Shown piece after piece: positions 12,509 through 26,095 of a stretch of 64,000 nt of DNA. The stretch comes from Octopus vulgaris (taxonomy: Eukaryota). The position numbers were made by a program, and so were the translations under genes. The notes beneath the pieces were generated by a model, which searched no databases, was not told the DNA's origin, and saw only the letters and a program-made list of their open reading frames with translations. The DNA lies in NCBI GenBank assembly GCA_951406725.2, contig OX597817.1, forward strand, positions 41,912,001 through 41,976,000, read 5' to 3'. Positions within the stretch are counted from its first letter, which is position 1, and every line of letters starts with the position of its first letter.

Positions 12509-13629
12509 GTTAGGAAGGCCATTCAGCTGTAGAAACTCTGCCAGATCAAGATTGGAGCCTGGTGCAGCCATCTGGCTCGCCAGCCCTCAGTCATATGTCC
12601 AACCCATGCTAGCATGGAAAGCGGGCATTAAACCATGATGATGATGATGATATCATGGACTTCAGTATGGTTTCTGTTCACTAAATTCTCTCACAAGGCA
12701 TTGGTTGGCCTGGGACTATAGTAGAGGACACTTGCCCAAAATGCTGTGTAGTGGGACTGAACCTGAAACCATGTGGTCGCAAAGCAAGTTTCATAACCAC
12801 ACAGTCTTGCTTGGTGCCTATATTATCAACATCTGATAAGGTTTCCGATGTTAATGCTTCTCAGCCACTGGTCAGTCCAGACTGAACAGATCTGCGATCA
12901 AAGGCATTCCAACTATGACCATCTCATGTTTTTAGGGGTAACTAAAACTACATACATCATCTGATATATCCTTGTCAAACGTTTCCACCTTATTAGCCTT
13001 CATCATTGGCTCTTTACCGTTTGCCAATGCTTATTGGCACTGGAGTAACCAACTTATTTAATAGAATATTCACAGAAAATGTCAAGTGATGCCAGAAAAT
13101 AAAATTAATAATTTAGTTATAAAAGTGGAGTGGTGGTGGTGTTGGTGTTGGTGTTGTTGGTGGTGGTGGTGTTGGTGGCAGTGGTGGTGATGGTGATGTT
13201 GTTGGTGTTGTTGGTGTTGGTGGTGTTGGCGGTGTTGGTGTGTTGTTGTTGTTGTTGTTGTTGGTGGTGGTGGTGTTGGTCTGCCCATATCTCTTAATGG
13301 TTTTGCCTTATTAAGCTTTAGCTAAGTGGACATGGACAGTGAGAATCTAGTGAGCTGGTCACGGATCACTGCATAATGTCAATGACATAATATAAATTTT
13401 CAATCTTTTGACTGATGGTTCCCTCTTTCTCCCCCCTTCCACCTCCATTCAGTACAAGGCATCTGTGGCTCCCTTAAGAACTGTAAACCATTATTCCAAT
13501 TACATATATTTCTGTGTAATGCTTGATATGGTCGCATCTGAAGTTAGGGTCCCATCTGTTCTGTGTAAGAATTGATATGGAATAAAAATAGATGCAAGCA
13601 TTGCTGTTCTTACTGTTGTTGTAGCTGAT

Positions 13630-14250
13630 AAGGATGATGATGGTGATGGTGGTTGTTGTTGTAGTGGTTGTGGTGGTAGAGGAGGTAGTTGTGGAGGTGG
13701 CAGTAGTGATGGTGATGATGATGGTGGTGGTGGTGGTAGTGGTGGTGGTAGTAGAGGTTGTGGTAGTGGAGATGGCAACACTGAAGATAATGACAATAAT
13801 GATGATGATGACGACAACGATGACGATGATTAGGACGATGGTGGTGATGGTTGTGGTGGTGGTGGTGGTAGTGGTGGCAGCAGCAGTGGTAGATGTTGGG
13901 GTAGCGGAGATGGCAATGGTGATGGATAAGATGATGATGATGATGATAATGATGATGATGAGGATGATGACAATGACGACGATGATGATGATGGTTGTGA
14001 TTGTTGTGATGGTGGTGGTGGTGGCAGTAGTGGTAGAAGTTGTGGTAGTGGAGATGGCAATGGTGGTTGATAAAATGATGATGATGATGATAATGATGAT
14101 GATGATGAGGAGGAGGATGGTGGTGGAAGTTGTGGTAGTGTTAGTGGTACTGGACCTCGGCATTGGTTGTGATGATGATGACGACGACGACGACGATGAC
14201 AGTGGTGGTGGCGGCAGTTGTAATGATGATGACGATGATGATTGTTATGA
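13630..14250 (+). repeat. Compound (GAT/GGT/GAC)n tract with higher-order units of ~150-180 bp
   Basis: GTAGTGGAGATGGCAA recurs at ~13763, ~13901 and ~14045. Confidence 0.85.
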
Positions 14251-15540
14251 TTATGTGGATTCCTGTTTTATTGACGAAGATAAAAATTAAGTGAGAGAGA
14301 ACATCACTTTGAGTCAGTGCCTTTGGCTCTCTTGCGCAATTAGAGAGAAACGAATGCAAAACTAAAATTTGTTTATGTAAACACCACAAAAGTATGAATA
14401 ATACAATTATTTTATGTTATGTTATTATTCGAGCAGAACTTCAGATGGAGGCAAGCTTTTTGAAATGAATTTAATAAGGTATGTCTTTCTAACTATCTCT
14501 ACATCAAACACATATTTGCAGATGGCATTGTCTCCAATTTCAGCTGAGCTGTTATTACTACGAAAACTGAAAACCAATAAAATAATGCACATGGTGTCAG
14601 CTGACCTTGTATCTGATATTGATCTCTTCTCAATAGCTGGAAACATAATTTTTATTGGAAAGAGGTTCAATATTTTATATATATCATGCACTGTGGGACA
14701 CGCCCTTCATCAGCTGTTGGTCACAGATCAAAATGAATTTGGCTTGTTCTGATGGTATCATTCCCTTCAGTGATGCAGCATAGTGTATTGATACAATCAA
14801 GGGATTATCTGGGTTCTTTTACCCCTTCTATTATCCATCCACCACATAACACTCCAATCATCCAGGAACTATTTTATTTTAGGATTTGCTAAGGATTACC
14901 TCTTTGTTCCCAGCTTTGGTCGTTCTCTTACATGTCTCAGCCTTGTCAATGGTGAAATATTTTCTAATTCCTTCTCCATTTTGCTGTCCTTCCTAAGTCC
15001 CAGCCAGGTAGGGCATAGAGGATTCAACTAAAACAACACTCACATAATAGTTATAAAAGAGTGTCACTGTCATATAAGCAGTGTCATTCATTTCTAATAT
15101 CCAACAAAATATTCAATTTCTGCCTGTGAAATCTACTCACAAGTCTTTGGTCAGCTGAAGCTGTAATGGAAGATACTTGCCCAAGGTGCCATGTGTTAGA
15201 ACTGACCCTCAAACCATGTGTTTGGGAAGAAAACTTTCTAACCACACGGCCATGCTTGCTCCCATAGCATTGGTTGGTTCAGGGCTATGGTATACTTGTC
15301 CAAGTTTGGTCATTGAGAGAAATAATACCTTGCTTGGAAACGGGCATGGGTTGGTAACAGGAAGGATGCCTGACCTTTGACAATCCACCTACATAGATTC
15401 TGTTTGACCCACACAAGCATAAAAAAGTGGACGTTAAAAGAACATCCTGTGTCCATTGCCATCCTTGTACCTCATGTGACTTTTTTAGTCCTTGATATTT
15501 AGGTTCTTTTTACCATGTATTCACTTCATATTGCTTGCCC

Positions 15541-15755
15541 AGGCAGAAATGTTAGCATGCCAGGGGAAATGCTTAGCGGTATTTCATCTGTCTTTACATT
15601 CTGAGTTCAAATTCTGCTGAGGTCGAATTTGCCTTTCATCTTTTCAGGGGCGATAAATTAAGTGCCAGTTGCATACTGGGGTCGATCTAATCGACTGCCC
15701 CCCCCCCCCCCTCCCACCCAAAATTTCGGGCCTTGTGCCCAGAATAGAAAAGAAT
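15541..15755 (+). mobile_element. SINE family C (Meta-like)
   Basis: GAGTTCAAATTCTGCTGAGGTCG..TTTGCCTTTCATC core. Confidence 0.75.
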
Positions 15756-16276
15756 ATATTACAAGTTCTTCCTTTAGTAACCAAACAAAAATGAAAGATA
15801 AAGTTGACTCAAGCAATTTAAATTAAAATTTTCAAAGTGGAATAAATTATTTTGCCATAAGTAAGAAACGAAGTCTATGACATCTTGGGCAAGTATTTCT
15901 ACTATATCCCAAGTTTGACTAAAGCTATGAGTACAGTGCTGGCTCTGATGAACAAATTTACTTTCCACCCATATGGTTTCAAGTTCACTCCCACTGTTAG
16001 CCCCTTGGACAAGTGTTTCTACTGTGGCCCCAGGATGATCAAAGTATGGTAAGTGGATTTGGTAGACAGAAATTGAAAGAAATCTGACATAAATATATGT
16101 TTGTGTCACCTTGTCAAGTGATTGTTGTAACCAAAAGTCACTCATTCCCAACACTGCAAAATAATGTCTAGCCATAGTGACATATTACCTTGCTAGGAAA
16201 CGGGTAAGGGTTGGTAACAGGAAGGGCATCCAGCCACAGAAAATTTACCTCAATAAACTCCACCCAATCCATGCAA

Positions 16277-16548
16277 GTGGAGGCACATGGCCTAGTGGTT
16301 AGAGCAGTGGACTCACAATCAAGGGATCACAGGTTCGAATCTCAGACCGGGCAATGTGTGTATTTATGAGCGTAAACATCTAAGTTTCATGCAGCTCTGG
16401 CAGAAGGTAATGGTGAACTTCTGCTAACTCTTTTGCCACAACTTTTTCTCACTCTTTCCTCCTGCATCTTGCAGCTCACCTGCGATGGACTGGCATCCTG
16501 TCCAAGTGGGGAAACTATACATCAATGAAACTAGGAAACCAGCCCTTA
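16277..16548 (+). mobile_element. tRNA-derived SINE family D variant
   Basis: TGGCCTAGTGGTTAGAG A box and GGTTCGAATCTC B box; homologues at 47622-47922 and 51617-51890. Confidence 0.75.
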
Positions 16549-16549
16549 T

Positions 16550-16782
16550 TTATTTCTTTATTGTCCACAAACATAAACATAGAGGGGACAAACAAGGACA
16601 TACAAAGGGATTAAGTCGATTACATTGACCCCAGTGCATAACTGACACTTATTTAATACAACCCTGTAAGGATGAAAAGCAAAGTTGACCTCGGCGGAAT
16701 TTGGACTCAGAATGTAGTGGCAGACCAAATACCACTAAATATTTCACCTGGTGTGCTAATGATTCTGCCAGTTTGCTGCCTT
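16550..16782 (-). mobile_element. SINE family C (Meta-like)
   Basis: Similar to 3740-3968. Confidence 0.75.
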
Positions 16783-17182
16783 ATGAGCCAGTGATGGCTT
16801 GGAAAGGAACAAACAACAATCCATGCTAGCATGGCAAAGTGAGCTTTAAAATGATTATAATGGATGCACCATCATTACTTTCATAGATTTTATTTTCTTA
16901 TTTTGACCAAAGCTTCAAACTCAGAACGCTAAGAACTGAGCAAGTTGTAGCAAAAGAAATCCAGTGCCTCGATAATTTTTTTTTTTGCATTTGTTACCCG
17001 TCAAAAAACCATACATTAGCTATTAACCAATTTGCATGTGTGAAAGTAGGAAACCAAAGCATTAAGAAGGAAATACAAAAATCGAAGAAGCATCAGATAA
17101 TTTAGTTCTACTACATTTGCTAATTATTCTGGAAGTGGGTTTCACTTCATTCATAATTTACAAATGAATATTGAAACGTAGA

Positions 17183-17206
17183 ATGACGACGACAATGATG
17201 ATGATG

Positions 17207-17262
<56 letters not shown>

Positions 17263-17314
17263 TATAATAATAATAATAATAATGATGATGATGATAATAA
17301 TAATAATAATAATG

Positions 17315-17382
<68 letters not shown>
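17183..17382 (+). repeat. (AAT/GAT)n microsatellite
   Basis: Direct inspection. Confidence 0.95.
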
Positions 17383-17596
17383 GGGAGAAAGTATTTCAAG
17401 AAATAAAAAAGACAAGAATATTTTAAGCTGCAAATTTCCACTTTTATTAAATTTGAAACTATATTAAGAAATGGAAATTGAATCTTGAAATTTCAGTTTT
17501 GTAACTACGTCGATGAATAAATGTAAAGGGAATTAATTATCATTTTATATATATAAATGAATGAATGAATACATACAGGTAAGTAGAAATAATATG

Positions 17597-17649
<53 letters not shown>

Positions 17650-18037
17650 GAGTTTCTCATTGCTGTTCACCGGCAACGGGAAACTCAGAGTAACGGGTTT
17701 TGTAAAATTTTCTGCTGCAGCTGAAGAGGGGGAATTTTCCTTGTGTTGTTTGTCTTGTGCTCTGTTTTTTCATTGTTAATGGGGGTCCGTTCCCTGTTTG
17801 TTTTTGCGTTTTCGTTTCTCGTTGGGTTCTGCGTCTGTTTGTGGTGTCCTGAACTCATATATATGTGTATATATTATATATATATATATGTGCATGTATG
17901 TGTGCATGTGGATGTGGGTACGTGCATATATGTATGTATGTATGCGTATATTTTGTTTATTACACTACTGTGTGACTGAGCGCCCTCGCGTCGTTTCGTT
18001 TCGTTTCCTCCAAGTAAGTTTATATATATATATATAT

Positions 18038-18595
18038 ATCCGAACGTGGCCGATGCCATCCAGCGCCGCCCTGACTGGCTCCTGTGCCAGTGGCACATAA
18101 AAATCACCATCCGAACGTGGCCGATGCCAGTGCCGCCTCGACTGGCTCCTGTGCCGGTGGCACATAAAAAGCACCATCTGAATGTGGCCGATGCCAGCAC
18201 CGCCCTGACTGGCTTCTGTGCCGGTGGCACATAAAAAGCACCATCCGAACGTGGCCGATGCCAGCCAGTGCCGCCCCGACTGGCTTCTGTGCCGCTGGCA
18301 CATAAAAAGCACCATCCGAATGTGGCCGTTGCCAGCGCCGCCTAAGCTCGCTTCCGTGCCGGTGGCACGTTAAAAGTTCCAACCGATCATGGCTGATGCC
18401 AGACCCCCCTGGCACCTGTGCAGGTGACACGTAAAAAGCACCCACTACACTCGCGGAGTGGTTGGCGTTAGGAAGGGCATCCAGCTGTAGAAATTCTGCC
18501 AGATCAGATTGGAGCCTGGTGCAGCCCCTGGCTTCCTAGACCCTGGTCGAACCATCCAACCCGTGCTAGCGCGGAAAACGGACGTTAAACGATGA

Positions 18596-18599
<4 letters not shown>
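18038..18599 (+). mobile_element. RTE LINE 3'UTR with a 67-71-bp minisatellite array and (GAT)n tail
   Basis: Units start at ~18040, 18111, 18178, 18245 and 18316 (CCGAACGTGGCCGATGCCAG..GACTGGCT..TGTGCCGGTGGCACATAAAAAGCACCAT), followed by the shared tail. Confidence 0.85.
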
Positions 18600-18682
<83 letters not shown>

Positions 18683-18691
18683 TATATATGC

Positions 18692-18722
<31 letters not shown>

Positions 18723-18723
18723 C

Positions 18724-18769
<46 letters not shown>

Positions 18770-18844
18770 CATATATTAATAGTAATGGTATGACAACAAA
18801 AGAATGAATGAGATCTCGATATTATGTAAATAGAGGAATTTATT

Positions 18845-18988
18845 TGTAATATAATATGTGACAATTATTCGGTTGCCATTATAAACTCCTTGAAAACTGA
18901 CGAGATGCCAGAGTAGATTTCTGCCCCGACATCTGAAACTCAGAGTTTTATTAATGCAAACCGAATAATTGTCACATATTATATTACA
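18845..18988 (+). mobile_element. Fold-back element enclosing a hammerhead-like motif
   Basis: Inverted arms TGTAATATAATATGTGACAATTATTCGGTT / AACCGAATAATTGTCACATATTATATTACA; centre AAAA CTGACGA GATG..CATC T GAAA CTCAGAGTT TT (18893-18949). Confidence 0.7.
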
Positions 18989-18989
18989 G

Positions 18990-19029
<40 letters not shown>

Positions 19030-19032
<3 letters not shown>

Positions 19033-19238
19033 TCTCTTTACTCTATTACTTGTCTCAGTCATTTGACTGTGGCCATGCTGGAGCACCGCCTTTAGTTGAG
19101 CAAATCAACCCCAGGACTTATTCTTAGTAAGCCTAGTATTTATTTTATCGGTCTCTTTTGCCAAACTGCTAAGTTACAGGGATGCAAACACACCAGGTTC
19201 GGTTGTCAAGCAATGTTGTGGGGACAAACACAGACGCA

Positions 19239-19272
<34 letters not shown>

Positions 19273-19443
19273 TATACATATATACGACTGGTTTCTTTCA
19301 GTTTCCATCTACTACCAAATCCTCTCACAAGGCTTTGGTTGGCCTGAAGCTATAGTAGAATACACTTCCCCAAGGTGCCACACAGTGGGACTGAACCTGG
19401 AACCATGTGGTTGGTAAGCAAGCTTCTTACACTCCTGCACCTA
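19030..19443 (-). mobile_element. tRNA-derived SINE family A, full length
   Basis: Reverse complement of 8926-9345. Confidence 0.9.
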
Positions 19444-20034
19444 TATATATATTTATATATATATATATATATGTGTGTATGTATATATTTCACTTCAGCA
19501 TCCATAAATTGATTTATAGTGCCAATCTTATAATGGTGTCGTGCACCACTTTCTTTAGATTTAAATGATTTGGAGAATATAGTTAAAAATCACACATTAG
19601 CATGCCTTGTTCCTGAGATTTGGTAGATAAAAGAAAAAAAATCAAAACAAGGGGTTTTGGCTTGCTCTTTGTTTCATTCTGCTGAGAAAGGTTTGTGATT
19701 TAAGCATGACATGAAAATTAATCACATTTTATGTGTAAACAATTTCGGTTGAGTTTTGATGGAATGTCTTCAGTAGAAGCAGAAGTGGTCACATTTTCTT
19801 CAGTTTGAGTTTCTGTTGGGGAATTCCTTTAAAACCTCTTCCTCTTCCTATGCTACTACTTCCTCCTCTGCTGCTACCTCCTCTCCTTCCTCTTCCACTG
19901 CTGCTGCTGCCACCACCACCGTCTCCTCCTCCTCCTCCTCCTCCTCCTCCTGGTTCCCTATCTCAGTCATAAAACTTGTCCCTACACATGTCTTCCCTTT
20001 TTCGCTCATTGACTAATAAACATACACACATATG

Positions 20035-20070
<36 letters not shown>

Positions 20071-20156
20071 CCATCACCATCATCATCATCATCATCATCA
20101 CCACCACCACCATCATCATCATCATCACCACCACCACCACCACCACCACCACCACC

Positions 20157-20190
<34 letters not shown>

Positions 20191-20197
20191 TCATCAT

Positions 20198-20885
20198 CAT
20201 TTAACGTCCATTGTCCATGCTGGTATTGGCTGGATGGTTTGACCAGTGCTGGTAATCTGAAGGGCTGCGCCAGGATCCAGTCTGATTTGGCATGGTTTTC
20301 TATGGCCAGATGCCCTTCCTAACGTCAATCACTCCAACAGTGTATTGGATGTTTTTACATGCCACTAGCACGGGTGCCATTTGTGTGACAACAGTATGTC
20401 TGTCACGACTATGATTTCACTGATCTTCATGGATCTTCCTTCTCAAGTACAGCACATTGCCAAAAGTCTTGGTCATTTGTCATTGCCTCTGTGAGGCCCA
20501 GTGCTCAAAAGGTAATTTTATGTGCCACTGGCACAGTTGCTAGTTCTGCAACACCAGCATTGGTAACATTGCCTCCATGATATAGTTATATATATATATA
20601 TATATATATATATAGCACTGCCTTGACTGGCGTCTGTGCCGGTGGCATGTGAAAGGCACCAACCAATTGTCGCCATTGCCAGCCCCCTCTGGCCCCTGTG
20701 CCAGTGACACGTAAAAAGCACCCACTACACTCATGGAATAGTTGGCGTTAGGAAGGGCATCTAGCTGTAGAAACACTGCCAGATCAGGCTGGAGCCTGGT
20801 GCAGCTTCCTGGCTTCCCCGACCCCAGTTGAACCATCCAACCCATGCTAGCATGGAAAGTGGATGTTAAATGACGACGATGATCA
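20198..20885. mobile_element. Two RTE 3'UTR fragments in divergent orientation (20198-20580 minus; 20614-20885 plus) separated by (TA)n
   Basis: Shared tail motifs on opposite strands. Confidence 0.75.
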
Positions 20886-21430
20886 TGATATATATATATA
20901 TATATCTACACATGCATTAGATGAAGAAATATCTTTATTATTTGTGGATTAATATAATGCTACCAATGATTTCATGCACAAATTTAACAAATTTTCATCC
21001 AATATGGAGGCTGATTAACAAGATTCTTAGTTAGAATGCATGAAAAGTTGTAAAATTTTTATTACATGAAACCATTGGTGGCATTGTTAATCCACAAATA
21101 CATACATACATACATTCATACATACATACATACATACATACATACATACATACATACATACATACATACATACATACATACATACATACACACATACATA
21201 TCATCATTTTAATATTTACTTTTCCATACTTCCATGGATGAGGTGGAATTCTTTGAGTCAGATTTTCTACAGCTGGATGCCATTACTGTCACATGTTTCT
21301 AAGCGAGGTAATATTTTCCCATGTTCTTGCAGGACATTAGAAATAAATGACATTACTTGTATGACAATGGCAATCACTTTACAACTATTACATGATGTCC
21401 AAGTCCAAGACACACACCACACACATAAAT

Positions 21431-21534
<104 letters not shown>

Positions 21535-22027
21535 CAGGCTTCTTTCAGTTCAGTTTCCATCTACAAAATTCACTCTCAAGGTTTTGGTGGGCCTGTGGTT
21601 ATAGTAGAAGACACTTGTCCAAGGTCTCTTGCAGTGAGACTGAACCTGGATCCATATAGTTGGGAACCAAACTTCATACCATACAGCCATAGCAGCATCT
21701 ATATAAATATTCCATATTTTACTCGTAAGGCATTGGTAAAGCCAAGACTATAGTAGACAACATGTGATCAAGGTGCCATAAACCAGAATTGAACTGAAGA
21801 CTATATAGTTGTGAAAGGGACTTCTTAAGTACACGGTTACACAAATTTAGTTATATTATAGTTTGCTAATTAATGAGGCTGTTTAAAATATTCTTCATCA
21901 TAAACAATAAACTTCTGTAATTAATTATAAGTATAATTAAGTGAAATTGAAATGATTAATTAATGCTATTTTGTTGCTAATTTTTATCTAAACTTTCTAG
22001 ACATATATAACTCACAAACGCATACAC

Positions 22028-22116
<89 letters not shown>

Positions 22117-22509
22117 GAGAGATAGATAGATAGATAGATATAGATATATAGATAGATAATATTATCTATATATATGCACACACATATATATGTGCATATA
22201 TATAGATAATATATAATGTAATATAATATTATATTATGTGTGTGTGTTTGTATGCATATCTTTATATATCTATAATGTGTGTATATGTACAAATTCACTT
22301 GTATTCACATTTTATTACTTTCTACAGTATCGCCATTACAAATTTATGTTTAATCAGATTAAATTTATATTAGATTTTCCAGTACATGCTATTTCTGCAT
22401 GAAAGTATTTACAAAGTATTTAATCACACTACAAGTCAGTATACATTATGCAACTTAGTCTAGCCATTTCAGCTAAAATCTGGTTTGTAGCTAACTTAAA
22501 TAGTGATTA

Positions 22510-23003
22510 CCGTAAATCTTTGAGTATAATCCGCATTTTTTACCCATAATTTAAAGGTCAAAAATGAAAGATATTTTCTAGACAATGTCCAAGTCTCTAT
22601 TTGCTGTCCGGCAATGTTTATTCAGATGCATTTTGTGGTGTCGGGCACAAAAATACCTTAAGCTAAGCCTGAAAGCAATGAAGTCATAAAAGAATCATCC
22701 ATAACTTGTAGTAAGCAACATTTATATTAAAATAAAAGTATTCAGAACACAGAATAACATATAACAAAAAAACAATTTGCAAACATATTTACATCCCCAT
22801 ATAACAGTTAAGAACATCACCATTATTGTATTACGCATGTGTGGAAGTGTTTGTTTGACTAGGTATTGCTGGCTTAATATGCACGATTCAAGTTAGAGAA
22901 GGGATGTATATTATACACAAAGTTTAAGATTTTCAGAGGTACAACCCCCTAAAAATCCCCTGCGTATTATACTTAAGGGTGGACTATACTCGAGGATTTA
23001 CGG
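22510..23003. mobile_element. MITE / non-autonomous Tc1-mariner-pogo superfamily element
   Basis: TA|CCGTAAATCTTTGAGTATAATCC ... GGACTATACTCGAGGATTTACGG|TA: ~23-bp imperfect TIRs with TA duplication and no ORF. Confidence 0.8.
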
Positions 23004-23475
23004 TACTATAAAGTTTACTTTGTATGCAAAAGGCCAAGGAAGTATTGGTCCTTTTTAAGGTCTGGTGAAATTGCCATTATACATGACAGGGCAATCTCCA
23101 TATTTTCTCGTTTGCAAAGAAAATTACAAGGTGTGTTGGCATTTGTTTACTTTCCGCTACATGAGCATTACAAACTATAGTTTAACTGTTCGAGATATAT
23201 TTTAGATTATTTTTTCTAACATATGCTGCTTGTGCACACACACACACAGATTTTTATGAGGAAAAAGCTGGTAATAATTTTGAAGTCTGATGATATCTAA
23301 ACCTTTGAAGTCAGTCAACCTTTCCTTTGTAAAAATTAATAAAAGAATATCGAGCAATTCTTGAATTAAATGATCAATTGCTTTTCCATATAGGAACATA
23401 CAGGCATGTATATGTGTGTGTGTATGTATATATATACATATATATATATATATATACATATATATATGTATATGT

Positions 23476-23519
<44 letters not shown>

Positions 23520-23525
23520 GTTTAT

Positions 23526-23556
<31 letters not shown>

Positions 23557-23569
23557 CACATATGTTTAA

Positions 23570-23605
<36 letters not shown>

Positions 23606-23639
23606 CATCACCATCATCACCATCATCATCGTCATCATC

Positions 23640-23900
23640 ATCATTTAACATCTGTTTTCTATGCTAGCAATGGTTGGATGGTTTGACCAGGGCTGATAAG
23701 CTGGGAGGCTGCACCAGACTCCAGCCTGTTTTGGTGTGGTTTTCTATGGCTGGATACTCTTCCTAATGCCAACCACTCCGTGAGTGTAGTGGGTGCTTTT
23801 TACGTGCCACTGGCACAGGGGTCAGAGGAGGCTGGCAACGGCCATGATCGGTTAATGCTTTTTACGTGCCACCAGCATGGAAGCCAGCCAAGGCAGTGCT

Positions 23901-23942
<42 letters not shown>

Positions 23943-24345
23943 CACACACACATATACACACATATATGTATCATCATCATCATTTAACGTCTGTTGTCCA
24001 TGCTGGTATGAGTTGGATGGTTTGACCAGGGCTGGTAAGCTGGGAGACTGCACCAGACTCCAGTCTGTTCTGGTATGGTTTTCTATGGCTGGACGCCCTT
24101 CCTAATGCCTATCTCTCCAAGAGTGTAATGGATGCTTTTACGTACCACTGGCACAGGTGCCATTTGTGTGACACCGGTATCTGTCATGACTGTGATTTTG
24201 CTCAGCTTGATAGGTCTTCTTCTCAAGCATGATGTAATGTCAAAGGCCTCAGTCATTACCTCAGTTAGGCCCAATGCTTGAAAGGAACTCAACCACTTTG
24301 CCTCTGTGAGGCTCAACACTCAAAAGGAACTTGGCCACTATGAGG
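23640..24345 (-). mobile_element. Two tandem RTE 3'UTR fragments
   Basis: Tail motif at ~23640 and ~23980, each preceded on the plus strand by (CAT)n. Confidence 0.75.
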
Positions 24346-24679
24346 TCCAATATATATATAATTAAGATTCCATTGAATTAGGTACTTAAATTGAGGCACC
24401 TTGCTTGGTCAGTATAATCCGCACACCCAAACAATATTTATTGAATATTGAATATCCAGATTCCATGCAGGGGTCTTTGTACCTGATTTTCCTACCATGT
24501 GTGCAGAAAATGCAACCCAGCTAAAGGAAGATATCTGCTCTTAGAAATTCAGAGATGTACTTTTTATGAAGGTACTTTCTATAGTATTTCCGAAGTGCAG
24601 ATTCCAGAATACAACATGAATGAGTAACAAAGGCGTACAAGTGTCAATTCATTACAGGTGTCTCAAGCGACTCCTTTAA

Positions 24680-24811
24680 CATTTCCTTAAAATATTAACA
24701 CAAATAATGGAACTCAAAATACTAGCATTGTTTCTTTTGCCACAGATATGACAAAAGAAACAATGCTAGTATTTTGAGTTCCATTATTGATGTGAATACG
24801 TTAAGGAAATG
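24680..24811. repeat. Inverted repeat (37-bp perfect stem) within a (TA)n-flanked element 24360-24937
   Basis: 24703-24739 is the exact reverse complement of 24752-24788. Confidence 0.9.
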
Positions 24812-24933
24812 GTCGTATCCTTTATATTTGAAGTCAAGAATGATTTCTTTCAAATGAAGCAATGTTTTCATTAATTAATTAAAGGAGTCATTTGAAACAG
24901 CCATAATGAATTGATGCCTGTACATCTTCGTTA

Positions 24934-24975
<42 letters not shown>

Positions 24976-24994
24976 TATATACATACATACATAC

Positions 24995-25045
<51 letters not shown>

Positions 25046-25126
25046 TATATATAAATGTACATATATATGTACTTGGAAACAGATGTGTGGCGTTCACATA
25101 TAATAATATAAATAATATATATATAT

Positions 25127-25598
25127 AGTTAATCCAAACATGAAAACACAAAGAGAAAACACAACAATGTGAGGATGTGGGACAAGTATAGTGTTATTGG
25201 ACACACACATATATATATAAATGCATATATACATACACACGTGTACATACCTACATATATATGTATATGCACATGCATATATGGGTACAGGATGTGAAAA
25301 AAACGTGAACAACATGAAAAACAAAAACATAGAGAACTTTTTTTTGAACAACGAAAGAAACAAACAGAAAAATGAGACAGGCAACATAAAGAACATAAAA
25401 GGATTATTCTTTGTGTTGCCTGTCTCATTTTTCTATGTTTCTTGCGTTGTTCGAAAAAAAAAAGTTCGTTTTCCATGTTTTTGTTTTTTATGCTCTCGTT
25501 TTTCATGTTGTTCACGTTTTTTTGACGTCCTGTACCCATACATGCATGTATATGTACATCTATATGTAGGTATGTGCATACATGTATGTATGTATATA

Positions 25599-25610
<12 letters not shown>
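25127..25610. mobile_element. (TA)n-embedded fold-back element with ~180-bp arms
   Basis: 25215-25395 versus 25406-25610 inverted; 25127-25202 matches 39332-39401, the end of a hammerhead-bearing element. Confidence 0.8.
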
Positions 25611-25631
<21 letters not shown>

Positions 25632-25636
<5 letters not shown>

Positions 25637-25775
25637 AGTGGCTGTGTGGTGAGTAGCTTGCTTACCAACCACATGGTTCTAGGTTCAGTCTCACTGCATG
25701 GCACCTTGGGCAAGTGTCTTCTGCTATAGCCTTGGATTTGGTAGACGGAAACTGAAAGAAGCCTGTCATATGTAT

Positions 25776-25812
<37 letters not shown>

Positions 25813-26044
25813 CATACATATATATGTGTGTGTGTGTCTGTGTTTGTTCCCCCAACATCGCTTCACAACCGATGCTGGTGTGCTTACATCCCTGTAACTT
25901 AGTGGTTCAGCAAAAGAGACCCATAGAATAAGTACTAGGCTTACAAAGAATAAGTTCTGGGGTTGATTTGCTCGACTATAGGCAGTGCTCCAGCATGGCC
26001 ACAGTCAAATGACTGAAACAAGTAAAAGAGTAAAGAGTAAAAGA

Positions 26045-26046
<2 letters not shown>
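25632..26046 (+). mobile_element. tRNA-derived SINE family A
   Basis: As 8926-9345. Confidence 0.88.

Positions 26047-26095
<49 letters not shown>

Noticed and set aside
18038-18445. CRISPR-like regularly spaced repeats
   Set aside because: Whole units repeat with no unique spacers, there are no cas genes, and the array is part of an RTE 3'UTR in eukaryotic DNA.
19718-19812. Possible minus-strand host exon (ETQTEENVTTSASTEDIPSKLN...), with similar candidates at ~8740-8848, ~23060-23130 and ~38630-38785
   Set aside because: Only splice-like dinucleotides and short open frames; no recognisable protein or consistent exon chain.
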